Source: Thermoleophilia bacterium (GTDB lineage: Bacteria > Actinomycetota > Thermoleophilia > BMS3ABIN01). Taken from it: a stretch of DNA of 39,709 bases. Below the pieces are notes generated by a model that saw only the letters and a program-made list of their open reading frames with translations, searched no databases and was not told the origin of the DNA. Position numbers and translations under genes: made by a program. Positions 28,932 through 37,732 of this stretch are shown here, piece after piece (the first letter of the stretch is position 1; the number at the start of each line of letters is the position of its first letter). Where the stretch lies: assembly GCA_016650015.1 (NCBI GenBank), contig JAENWV010000003.1:1-39709 (forward strand). Direction: 5' to 3'.

Positions 28932-29870
28932 CTAACTCTGGCGCTCATAAATGTAGTTGGTGATTCCGGCAAGAGCATCGGTTTTCCCTCCTACCCGGTC
29001 AAGAGCCTCAAGAGCTTCGTCCCGGGACTTGAGCGCCAGGCGCTCCGCCTCTTCCAGGCCATATACGCTGACGTAGGTACGCCGATCCAGCCTGGCGTCG
29101 GCGCCCGCTTCCTTGCCCAGCAGGGCCGTTTCACCCACTACATCCAAAATATCGTCTTTTATCTGGAATAGCAATCCGAGCTCGGCGGCAAAATCGCGAA
29201 GATTTGTTAACTCCTGTCCGGGCGCTTCGGCGAGCAGCGCGCCACAGTGAACACAGGCCATGATCAGCCGCCCGGTTTTCAGAGAATGGAGCAGTTTCAG
29301 GGAATCCGGCTGACTTTCAGAGATCCCTGATACGTCCAGGTACTGGCCGCCGACCATACCGTTGACGCCGGTTGCCACTGCGATCTCCCTGATTACTCCG
29401 AGCAGGATAGCGGCAGCCCCCTGCTGCCGCTCGCAGATAAGCCTGAACGCCTCGGCGAACAGGGCGTCGCCGGCGAGAATGGCCGTGTTCTCACCAAACT
29501 TCACATGGCAGGTAGGCTTGCCACGGCGCAGCTCGTCGTCGTCAAAGGCGGGCAGGTCGTCATGGATCAGGGAATAGGTGTGAATCATCTCCAGCGCGGC
29601 GGCGGTCGGCAACATCCCGGCGGGCTCACGCCCGAAGGCCTGGCCGGTCGCCATCAGCAATACCGGCCGGATCCGCTTGCCGCCGGCCAGCAAGGAATAC
29701 TGCATGGCTTCGCTGAGAGGCGACACCGAGGCATCCTCGCCGTAGTCGAGTTCCTCCAGATAACCGTCAAGCAGGTGAGTCAGTTCTTCGGGATAGCTCA
29801 AAGTCTCCTGATCCTCAAGGGCCCCGGAATTCTCAGAGCCCCGGAATTCGGTCTTGTTCGTGAGGCTCAT
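28932..29870 (-). CDS. ispA: Geranyltranstransferase / polyprenyl diphosphate synthase
   Basis: GGKRIRP, FARM LIHDDLPAFDDDELRRG, GQYLD, KTG, SARM FQIKDDILD. Start uncertain; ATG 29870 overlaps xseB. Confidence 0.92.
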   Translation of the reverse strand: MSLTNKTEFRGSENSGALEDQETLSYPEELTHLLDGYLEELDYGEDASVSPLSEAMQYSLLAGGKRIRPVLLMATGQAFGREPAGMLPTAAALEMIHTYSLIHDDLPAFDDDELRRGKPTCHVKFGENTAILAGDALFAEAFRLICERQQGAAAILLGVIREIAVATGVNGMVGGQYLDVSGISESQPDSLKLLHSLKTGRLIMACVHCGALLAEAPGQELTNLRDFAAELGLLFQIKDDILDVVGETALLGKEAGADARLDRRTYVSVYGLEEAERLALKSRDEALEALDRVGGKTDALAGITNYIYERQS

Positions 29871-30207
29871 CCTCCGGGGAACCATAGACGACATCCTGTA
29901 CGACCCGATCGAGCTTCTGGCTGCTCTCCATGGCCAGCTCATTGGCTTCCGATAACAGGCGCACCGACTCTTCCCAGTCGGATTCGCCCGCCTCCAGCTT
30001 TCGTACGATCGTCTCCATGCGCTCGATGGACTGGTTGAGGCTCTCGAGGGTGGATACCAGGGCGCTGGTCAGCTCGCCTTCCTTCGCCGGCGGATCCGGT
30101 TGCCGGTTCGGCTGTGATGCCGCCTGTGGCGTTTCGTTCCGCCTGCCCGACGGTTCCACCGGTTGCGCGTTATCCGGTTGCGGACCAGATTCGGTTTCGT
30201 CATTCAT
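29833..30207 (-). CDS. xseB: Exodeoxyribonuclease VII small subunit with an N-terminal extension
   Basis: SIERMETIVRKLEAGESDWEESVRLLSEANEL matches the XseB pattern; canonical position directly before ispA. Confidence 0.75.
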   Translation of the reverse strand: MNDETESGPQPDNAQPVEPSGRRNETPQAASQPNRQPDPPAKEGELTSALVSTLESLNQSIERMETIVRKLEAGESDWEESVRLLSEANELAMESSQKLDRVVQDVVYGSPEDEPHEQDRIPGL

Positions 30208-30217
30208 GGCAGCTCAC

Positions 30218-30658
30218 TCACTCGTCGTTTGACAGTGGTTCAGCGCTCTCGGACCTCTCTTCAACGATCCTGCCGAGAACACCGTTGACCAGCGATCCCG
30301 CCTCGCGGGAACAGAAGCGCTTGGCCAGTTCCACAGCTTCGTCGATGCTCACTTCGGCCGGGATGTCGTCACGGCTCTGGATTTCATAAATCGCCAGACG
30401 GAGTATGTTGCGCTCCAGCGCGGCCATCCTTTTCGCGGACCAGTTGTTAGCGTTGGCATCGATGACCGCATCGATCTCATTCCGCGAGGCGAGCACCGCC
30501 TCAACCTCATCGCGGGTAAATGAATCGAGCTTGCGAGCTTCCTCACGCTCCAGATTATCATACAAATCTTCCAGCGCACCACCGGTCAGGTCGTGCTGAT
30601 AAAGCAACACCATGGCGTCTCGGCGGGCCTGGCGGCGTGTTGTGGATGATGAGTTCAT
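30218..30658 (-). CDS. nusB: Transcription antitermination factor NusB
   Basis: RRQARRDAMVLLYQ, WSAKRMAALERNILRLAIYE, VSIDEAVELAK, VNGVLG. Start ATG 30658. Confidence 0.96.
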   Translation of the reverse strand: MNSSSTTRRQARRDAMVLLYQHDLTGGALEDLYDNLEREEARKLDSFTRDEVEAVLASRNEIDAVIDANANNWSAKRMAALERNILRLAIYEIQSRDDIPAEVSIDEAVELAKRFCSREAGSLVNGVLGRIVEERSESAEPLSNDE

Positions 30659-30695
30659 CGTTCCTGGTTCCCGGCTTCTGATTAAAACAGAAAGC

Positions 30696-32045
30696 CTAGA
30701 ACTGAAGCAGCTCCATATTCTCTTCGATGAAGGCTGTCGTGTATTCACCATCACGGAATGCCGGTGCTTTAAGTATCCGGGCGCAAAGCTCCTTGTTGGT
30801 GACGATGCCCTCGATCACATATTCGTCGAGGGCCCGGAGCGCCCGGCGAATGGCTGCCGGCCGATCCACATCCCAGACGATGAGCTTGGCCAGCAGGGAA
30901 TCGTAAAAAACCGGGATGGTATAACCCTCATAGAGGTGCGAATCCACTCGCACGCCAGGGCCGCCTGGTGTCACATAACGGCTGATGGTGCCTGTGTTGG
31001 GACGAAAATCGTTGGCCGGGTCCTCGGCATTGATGCGCAGCTCGATGGCATGTCCCCGCGGTTGAAGCGCGCCGGTATGCGGCAGGAGATCGCCACGGGC
31101 GATCCTGATCTGCTCACGGACAATATCTATGCCGGTGACCATCTCGGAAACTGGATGCTCCACCTGGATACGGGTGTTCATTTCCATGAAATAAAAGTTG
31201 CGTTCGTTATCGACCAGAAATTCCAGGGTGCCGGCATTCTCGTAACCACAGGCGCGGCAGGCGACAATGGCCGCTTCCGACATTTTCTGCCGGGTTTCCG
31301 CGTCCAGAAACGGCGACGGGGATTCTTCCACCAGTTTCTGGTGGCGCCGCTGCACCGAGCAGTCACGCTCGCCCAGGGTCAACACCGACCCGGCCTTGTC
31401 CACCAGCACCTGGACCTCGACATGATGGGGGCCGACGATCACCTTTTCCAGGTACATCGTGCCGTCGCCGAAAGCGGTTTCGGCTTCGGCGCTGGCCATG
31501 TTGAAAAGGTTCTCCATCTCGGCCGGCGAATTGACCAGGCGCATGCCCCGCCCACCACCGCCGGCGGCAGCTTTTACCATCACCGGATATCCGTAACTTT
31601 CGGCGAGCCGACCCCCTTCGCTGGCGTCGGCCACAGTTCCCTCGGAACCTGGCACAACCGGTATACGCGCCTCCTTCATTAACTGCTTGGCGAGAGACTT
31701 GTCGCCCATGCTGCGCATCAGGTCGGCTCCCGGCCCGATAAAGACCATGTCATTGTCCTCGCAGGACAGAACAAAATCGGGATTCTCGGCCAGGAAACCG
31801 TACCCGGGATGAATAGCGTCGCAACCGGTGATTTCCGCCGCGCCGATGATGTTGCGGATCTGCAGGTAACTGCCGCTGACGGGGCCGGGGCCAATGCAAA
31901 CGATCTCATCGGCTTCCTTCACATGTAACGAATCGACATCCGCCTCGGAATAGACCGCCACGCAGGGAATGTCCAGTTCATGGCAGGCGCGAATTACCCG
32001 CACGGCCACTTCACCACGATTGGCTATAAGAATTTTAGAAAGCAT
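30696..32045 (-). CDS. accC: Biotin carboxylase
   Basis: KILIANRGEVA, HPGYGFLAEN, GGGGRGMR, ERDCSVQRRHQKL, EMNTRIQVEH, YDSLLAKL. Confidence 0.97.
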   Translation of the reverse strand: MLSKILIANRGEVAVRVIRACHELDIPCVAVYSEADVDSLHVKEADEIVCIGPGPVSGSYLQIRNIIGAAEITGCDAIHPGYGFLAENPDFVLSCEDNDMVFIGPGADLMRSMGDKSLAKQLMKEARIPVVPGSEGTVADASEGGRLAESYGYPVMVKAAAGGGGRGMRLVNSPAEMENLFNMASAEAETAFGDGTMYLEKVIVGPHHVEVQVLVDKAGSVLTLGERDCSVQRRHQKLVEESPSPFLDAETRQKMSEAAIVACRACGYENAGTLEFLVDNERNFYFMEMNTRIQVEHPVSEMVTGIDIVREQIRIARGDLLPHTGALQPRGHAIELRINAEDPANDFRPNTGTISRYVTPGGPGVRVDSHLYEGYTIPVFYDSLLAKLIVWDVDRPAAIRRALRALDEYVIEGIVTNKELCARILKAPAFRDGEYTTAFIEENMELLQF

Positions 32046-32051
32046 CGAGCG

Positions 32052-33893
32052 CTACTCTTCGGCTTCAACCGGCTCGATATACAAAAGCGACTGCCCGTAC
32101 TCGACCGGCTTGCCGTTCTCGACAAGCACCCGCCGTACCGTCCCGGCAATCTCACTAGTAACCTCATTCATCAACTTCATCGCCTCGAGAATGCAGAGCG
32201 TCTGCCCCACGGTCACCTCATCGCCCTCCTGAATAAACGGATCGCTGGTCGGCGACGCGGCGTGGTAGAAAGTGCCCACCATCGGTGACTTGACAACATG
32301 ATAATTGTTTTCCTCCTCAATCAACGGGATGCCGGCCGGCGCCGCGCCGGCCGCCGCGACCGCTTCGCCAGTTTCAGCCGGGGCAGCCTCGCCGCCCTTG
32401 CGGACCGTAATCCTCGTGTCGCCTTCCTCGATGGTGATTTCGGAGATCGTCGACTGCTCGACCGTGGCGATCAGATCCTTGATTTTGTCTATATCCATTT
32501 CAACCCCACTTTTCTCCTCCGTTTCCTGTATCAGGAACACGTCTTCTTCGACCCGGTGCTGGCGCTTCTCCAGAAATGTGCGCCCGGTCGCCGGGAAAAG
32601 AGCATAGGTCAGAACATCTTCCTCGTTGTGGGCCAGCTCGCCGATCTCACCGGCATACCGCTCCAAAGTTTCGTCCAGCAGATCCGCCGGCCGGCAGGTG
32701 AGCGGTTGCTCGTCACCCAGCACCTTGTGCATGACGTCCGGGTTGATCGGGCCCGGCGCCTTGCCATAACGGCCACGCAAATATGATTTCATCTCATCGG
32801 GAATAATCTGCCAGCGCTTGCCTGAGAGGATATTCAGCACCGCCTGGGTTCCGACAATCTGGCTCATCGGCGTCACCAGCGGCGGGTATCCGACTTCCGC
32901 CCGTACGATCGGAATCTCCTCGAGCACTTCGGGCAGCCGATCCAGCGCGTTCTGCTCGGCCAGCTGGCTTTCCAGATTGGAAATCATGCCGCCCGGCACC
33001 TGGTGCGAGTATACCTGCATATGCGTCAGCGAGGTGACCCCGCGCGGATGTCCGCCGCGAATGCGAACTTCTTCCCAATATTTGGCGATTTCGAACAACT
33101 TATCCAGATCCAGCTCGGTATCGTAGGGCGTACCGGAGAGGGCGCTGACGACCATCTCGGTCGCCGGGTTGGAAGCGCCGAATGCCAGGGGCACGGTGGC
33201 CGTGTCGATTATGTCGACGCCGGCCTCGATTGATTTCAGATAGGTCATGGGCGCCAGGCCACCGATGTAATGGCAATGCAGCTCCAGCGGCAGGTCGAAT
33301 TCTTCTTTGATGCGCTGCACCAGCTGCTCGGCGTGATAAGGCGACAGCAGGGCCGCCATGTCCTTGATGCAGAGGGAGTCGGCTCCCATGTCCGCGTAGA
33401 TATGGGCTACCTCCATGAAATGATCAAGGGTATGGACCGGGCTTATCGTGTAGACGATGGCCCCCTGAAAGTGTTTGCCGGCTTCCTTGATCGCCTCGGC
33501 TGCCGCCTCGACGTTGCGGGTGTCGTTGAGGGCATCGAAAACCCTGAATATGTCAACGCCGCTCTCGGCGGAGTGGGCGACGAACCGGCGGACGATATCG
33601 TCGCCATAATGCCTGTAGCCGACCAGGTTCTGGCCGCGCAGCAGCATCTGCAGGGGCGTCTTGGGACAATGGTGCTTGATGGTGCGCAGACGCTCCCAGG
33701 GATCGTCGTCCAGGAAACGGATACAGCTGTCGAAGGTCGCCCCGCCCCAGACTTCCAGTGAGTAGAAGCCGATATCGTCCATGGCCGACAGGATGGGCAG
33801 CATCTCGCTGGTCCGCATGCGCGTGGCCCAGAGCGACTGATGGCCATCCCTGAGAGTGGTATCGGTGATCAGTATGCGGCGCGCTTTTGTCAT
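32052..33893 (-). CDS. Pyruvate carboxylase subunit B / OadA-type carboxyltransferase fused to a full AccB-type biotin carboxyl carrier protein
   Basis: DTTLRDGHQSL, EVWGGATFD, QMLLRGQN, CIKDMA, HCH, HQVPGGM, GYPPLVTP; then MDIDKIKDLI...SPMVGTFY...LEAMKLMNE. Confidence 0.9.
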   Translation of the reverse strand: MTKARRILITDTTLRDGHQSLWATRMRTSEMLPILSAMDDIGFYSLEVWGGATFDSCIRFLDDDPWERLRTIKHHCPKTPLQMLLRGQNLVGYRHYGDDIVRRFVAHSAESGVDIFRVFDALNDTRNVEAAAEAIKEAGKHFQGAIVYTISPVHTLDHFMEVAHIYADMGADSLCIKDMAALLSPYHAEQLVQRIKEEFDLPLELHCHYIGGLAPMTYLKSIEAGVDIIDTATVPLAFGASNPATEMVVSALSGTPYDTELDLDKLFEIAKYWEEVRIRGGHPRGVTSLTHMQVYSHQVPGGMISNLESQLAEQNALDRLPEVLEEIPIVRAEVGYPPLVTPMSQIVGTQAVLNILSGKRWQIIPDEMKSYLRGRYGKAPGPINPDVMHKVLGDEQPLTCRPADLLDETLERYAGEIGELAHNEEDVLTYALFPATGRTFLEKRQHRVEEDVFLIQETEEKSGVEMDIDKIKDLIATVEQSTISEITIEEGDTRITVRKGGEAAPAETGEAVAAAGAAPAGIPLIEEENNYHVVKSPMVGTFYHAASPTSDPFIQEGDEVTVGQTLCILEAMKLMNEVTSEIAGTVRRVLVENGKPVEYGQSLLYIEPVEAEE

Positions 33894-33902
33894 GGCCTGG
33901 GG

Positions 33903-34460
33903 TTAGACCCTCTCCACATAGTTGCCAGTACGGCTGTCGATCTTGAGCATGTCGCCGGTCTTGATAAAGAGCGGTACGTTCACCAATGCTCCCGTCTCCA
34001 GGGTCGCGGGCTTCGAGCCACCGCTCACCGTGTCGCCCTTGACGCCGGGCTGGGTGTCGGTAACCTCAAGCTCGACGAAAATCGGCGGCACCAGCTGGGC
34101 CGGTTTGCCGTCGATCATCTGAACCTCGACTTCCATGTTGTCCTTGATGAAAGAAAGAGCGTCACCAGCCAGGGCCGGCGGCAACGACAGCTGCTCGTAG
34201 TTGTCGTTGTCCATCAGCACCACCTCGTCCGGCGTCGCGTACAGAAAGAGCATCTTCTTACTCTCGATGCGCACCCGACGGAACTTCTCCACCGGCCTGA
34301 AGGTCCGGTCAAGCACCGCGCCGGTCTCAATGTTCTTGATCTTGGTGCGCACGAAAGCACCGCCCTTGCCGGGTTTAACATGTTGGAACTCGACAATGGT
34401 AAATATCTGGCCTTCGACCTCGATGGCCATGCCATTTTTAAAGTCGCTTGTTGAAACCAA
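33903..34460 (-). CDS. efp: Translation elongation factor P
   Basis: QHVKPGKGGAFVR, KGDTVSGGSKPATLETG, VPLFI. TTG start with GGAGG RBS. Confidence 0.98.
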   Translation of the reverse strand: MVSTSDFKNGMAIEVEGQIFTIVEFQHVKPGKGGAFVRTKIKNIETGAVLDRTFRPVEKFRRVRIESKKMLFLYATPDEVVLMDNDNYEQLSLPPALAGDALSFIKDNMEVEVQMIDGKPAQLVPPIFVELEVTDTQPGVKGDTVSGGSKPATLETGALVNVPLFIKTGDMLKIDSRTGNYVERV

Positions 34461-34506
34461 GATTCCTCCGAAGGGTCAATCGTTCTTCACAAACACGGGC
34501 AAAGAG

Positions 34507-34540
34507 AGATTTTACACTATAAACGGAGGCCGGGGGAAGC
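34507..34540 (-). promoter_or_regulatory. Candidate internal promoter for efp and downstream genes
   Basis: Minus strand TTCCCC-N17-TAAAAT in the 136-bp gap upstream of efp. Confidence 0.4.
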
Positions 34541-34596
34541 CTGACAGCCATTCCGGTTCCTTCCGGAACAGCCCTGATCAGGCGCAAATACGGGCT

Positions 34597-35646
34597 TTAA
34601 CGCAGAACTTTGAGTTCCCGCGGGAATTTCGTCAGCGGTATGGCGCCCCTGGCGCCGACCAGTACCGTGTCCTCGATGCGCACACCGCCAAGACGCTCGA
34701 GGTAGATGCCAGGCTCGATGGTGACAGTCATGCCGGCCTTCAGGGTCTCTTTCGACCGGCCTGACAGCACCGGCGCTTCATGGGGCTCGAGTCCGACCCC
34801 GTGGCCCAGGGAATGGCCAAAAGCTTCGCCAAAACCGGCCGCCGAAATGTGGTCACGGGCCAACCGGTCTATTTCGGCGCAGGCCACGCCGTCACGCACG
34901 CCGGAAAGGGCCAGTTGTTGGGCTTCCTGTACGATGCGATGGATTTCGGTCAGCCGCGGCGGCAGATGCCCGCTGGCAAAAGTTCTGGTGGCGTCGGAGC
35001 AGTAACCGTCGAAGCTGGCGCCCAGATCCACTACCACCAGCTCTCCTGTCCCTATTATCCGATTTCCGGCGACGCCATGGGGCAGCGCCGAACGCGGCCC
35101 CGAGGCGACAATTATCTCGAAAGGCATGGATCCGGAACCGGCCTCGCGCATGGCGGACTCGAGCAGCCAGGCGACCTGTTTCTCACTCCTGCCCACGACT
35201 TTTAAACGGACCAGCCTGGCGAAGGCCAGGTCCGCAATCGCCGCCGCCCGCCGCAGCCGCCTCAGCTCAACGGGTTTCTTGACCTGGCGCCGCTGTTCGA
35301 TCTCTCCCGAGGCGTCCAGAAAGCTGAGCCCCTTGAGCTGCTTCTTCATCAGCTGAAACTGCCGGAGAGTCAGATGATCGCCATCGTAGCCGATAACCCC
35401 GGTTTTCAGACGCCGGACGTTGATGTAACTGCAGCAGCCCTCCATTGCTCCACCATTGACGATGCGGACATCGAAACCCTTTACCTCCCGGATAGCCTGG
35501 CCGCGGTAGCGAAAATCGGTGAAGAACAGATTTAGCCGCGGTGTCATCAGGGCGCACCCGGCTGAGCCGCTGAAACCGGTCAGGTAGCGAATACTGGGAA
35601 GGTGGGTTACCAGCAGGGAGTCGGGCTTGCGGGATTCGGAGGTCAA
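34597..35646 (-). CDS. Xaa-Pro aminopeptidase / dipeptidase (M24B, YqhT-like)
   Basis: RYLTGFSGS, IVASGPRSALPHG, DLGA..DGYCSDATRT, HSLGHGVGLEPHEAP, TIEPGIY, GGVRIED. Start uncertain; TTG 35646 just after the aroQ stop was chosen. Confidence 0.92.
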   Translation of the reverse strand: MTSESRKPDSLLVTHLPSIRYLTGFSGSAGCALMTPRLNLFFTDFRYRGQAIREVKGFDVRIVNGGAMEGCCSYINVRRLKTGVIGYDGDHLTLRQFQLMKKQLKGLSFLDASGEIEQRRQVKKPVELRRLRRAAAIADLAFARLVRLKVVGRSEKQVAWLLESAMREAGSGSMPFEIIVASGPRSALPHGVAGNRIIGTGELVVVDLGASFDGYCSDATRTFASGHLPPRLTEIHRIVQEAQQLALSGVRDGVACAEIDRLARDHISAAGFGEAFGHSLGHGVGLEPHEAPVLSGRSKETLKAGMTVTIEPGIYLERLGGVRIEDTVLVGARGAIPLTKFPRELKVLR

Positions 35647-35647
35647 G

Positions 35648-36112
35648 CTAACCAGTCGGGTTGAGCCGCTGCGCCAGCGACTGCAGCGCCTCCATGTAGC
35701 CGTCAGGGCCCTTGCCGGAAATGGTCTGGTCGCAGACATCGCGTATCACGGAATGGTGCCGCCATTCCTCCGTCCGCGCGTCGATATCGGAAAGGTGGAC
35801 TTCGATGACCGGCCCCTTGACCATTTCCAGGGCGTCACGGATGGCATAGCTGTAATGTGTCCAGGCGCCCGGATTGATGATCATGCCCAGCGCCCTCAGG
35901 CGCAACTCATGGATCTTTTCCACCAGATCACCCTCATGGTTTGTCTGGAAGGAAATACAGACCAGCCCCAGGCGGCGCGCCTCTTTGACCACCTGGTTTT
36001 CCAGTTCGGCCAGGCTCAGTGTGCCGTAATGTTCCGGATCGCGCTTGCCCAGCATATTCATGTTGACACCGTGCAGAAGAGCTATGTTGAGGATCTCCCG
36101 TTCCTGGTACAT
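35648..36112 (-). CDS. aroQ: Type II 3-dehydroquinate dehydratase
   Basis: HGVNMNMLGKRDPEHYG, FQTNHEG, INPGAWTHYSYAIRDA, EVHLS. Confidence 0.96.
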   Translation of the reverse strand: MYQEREILNIALLHGVNMNMLGKRDPEHYGTLSLAELENQVVKEARRLGLVCISFQTNHEGDLVEKIHELRLRALGMIINPGAWTHYSYAIRDALEMVKGPVIEVHLSDIDARTEEWRHHSVIRDVCDQTISGKGPDGYMEALQSLAQRLNPTG

Positions 36113-36113
36113 T

Positions 36114-37208
36114 TCACTTTCCCCCCGCGGCCAGGCGCTCGACTTCCCGGCGCAGCATGGTGGCGTCAACGTCACAGTTGATCACCGGTTCGCCAATGGT
36201 CTTGAGCAACACCATGTTGGCCGAGATATCATCCGCCTTCTTGTCGCTGGACAGGGCGCTGATTACAGCTCCCGGGTCGATGCCCTGGTAATGCGTCGGC
36301 AGCCCCAGCAACTCCAGCAGGGCTTCCAGCCTGTGGGAATAATCTCCCGGCAAGGAAAAAATCTGCTCCGAGATGCGCACGGCTGCCAGCAGCCCGAGCG
36401 CCACAGCCTGCCCGTGGGAATAGGCGGTGTAGTTGCCGGCCGTCTCGATACCGTGGCCGACGCTGTGTCCAAGGTTCAGCACCGCCCGGCGGCCATAATC
36501 GCGCTCGTCTTCCGATACCACCCCGAGCTTGTACTCGATGCAGCGCCGGACCATCGGCTCGACGAGAGCCATGTTCAGCATCAGGAATTCCTCGTAGCCG
36601 GATTCGAGCGCGTAGAAAAATTCGTCCCCGGAAAGCAGGGCGTATTTGATCACCTCGGCCAGGCCCTCGACCAGCTGTTCCCGCGGCAGCGTTTTCAGCA
36701 GCTCCGGATCGGTGATGACCATATCGGGCTGATAAAAGGAACCGACGTAATTTTTTGCTTCGTTGATGTTGATGCCGACCTTGCCGCCGATGCTGGAATC
36801 CACCTGGGACAGCAGTGTGGTCGGTATCTGCACAAACCCGATACCGCGCATGTAAGTGCTGGCCACAAAGCCGGCCAGATCGCCGACGACTCCGCCGCCA
36901 AGGGCGCAAACGGCATCGCCACGCCGGGTCTGCAGGCGAAACAGTTCCGAGAAAAGCCTCGTGGCCTCGGCCAGGCTCTTGGCCTCCTCGCCGGCGTCGA
37001 CAACAATAGCCTTGACCGCGAAACCGGCTTTCACAAAAACCTGCTCCACTGAGCCAAGAAAGAGGTTGGCCACGTTACTGTCGGTAATGATCACCACTTT
37101 GCCCGGCCGGCCGCGGGAACTCCAGAGGTTGCCGGCCTCCCGCACGGCCGCCGCGCTGAGGTATACCGGATATTCCTTGCTGCGCGTGCTGGCGAGCAGC
37201 TGGATCAC
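36114..37208 (-). CDS. aroB: 3-dehydroquinate synthase
   Basis: GEEAKS, ALGGGVVGDLAGF, PTTLLSQVDSSIGGKVG, LNLGHSVGH, HGQAV. Confidence 0.97.
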   Translation of the reverse strand: MIQLLASTRSKEYPVYLSAAAVREAGNLWSSRGRPGKVVIITDSNVANLFLGSVEQVFVKAGFAVKAIVVDAGEEAKSLAEATRLFSELFRLQTRRGDAVCALGGGVVGDLAGFVASTYMRGIGFVQIPTTLLSQVDSSIGGKVGININEAKNYVGSFYQPDMVITDPELLKTLPREQLVEGLAEVIKYALLSGDEFFYALESGYEEFLMLNMALVEPMVRRCIEYKLGVVSEDERDYGRRAVLNLGHSVGHGIETAGNYTAYSHGQAVALGLLAAVRISEQIFSLPGDYSHRLEALLELLGLPTHYQGIDPGAVISALSSDKKADDISANMVLLKTIGEPVINCDVDATMLRREVERLAAGGK

Positions 37209-37732
37209 AGGATCCCGGTCCTTTCGTGAATCAGTCTGATGATCCTGTCGGCCACCTGTTCCACCTTCAGGCCACGAGTATCGACGATATATTTGGAAAG
37301 GCTGCGATAAAGGCTTTCCCTTTCGGAGTAGAGGGCCTGAAATTTGTCCCGGTCATCGGCAAGCGGCCGCTTGCCACCACGGGCGCGCTTGAAGGCCATG
37401 TTGATATCCTCGTCGAGCAGTACCACCAGAGGCTCCCGGGTCAAGCGTTCGTATACAGCCGGTATGGTTACGGCGCCACCACCCAGTGAAACGACGGTGC
37501 CAGTCTGCGCACGCGAGGCTTCTTCCAGCAGCCCCAGTACCACTGCCTCCTCAGCCTTGCGAAAACCGGACTCACCATGTATTTCAAAGATCTCGTGAAT
37601 CGGCATACCAAGATGTTGCTCTACGAGGGGGTCAGCGTCGAAGAAATCCCAGCCCAGTTTTCCGGCCAGCCGCTTGCCGACGGCGGTCTTGCCGCTGCCC
37701 ATGAACCCGGTCAGGATCAGCCTCTCGGCCAA
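37205..37732 (-). CDS. aroK: Shikimate kinase
   Basis: GFMGSGKT, DAD, GESGFR, SLGGG, RPL. Confidence 0.96.
   Translation of the reverse strand: MAERLILTGFMGSGKTAVGKRLAGKLGWDFFDADPLVEQHLGMPIHEIFEIHGESGFRKAEEAVVLGLLEEASRAQTGTVVSLGGGAVTIPAVYERLTREPLVVLLDEDINMAFKRARGGKRPLADDRDKFQALYSERESLYRSLSKYIVDTRGLKVEQVADRIIRLIHERTGIL

Noticed and set aside
30612-31682. 356-aa plus-strand ORF (similarly 19737-20633, 27285-28283, 36045-37052, 6380-7153)
   Set aside because: Antisense shadows of well-conserved genes, expected in GC-rich DNA; no recognisable motifs.
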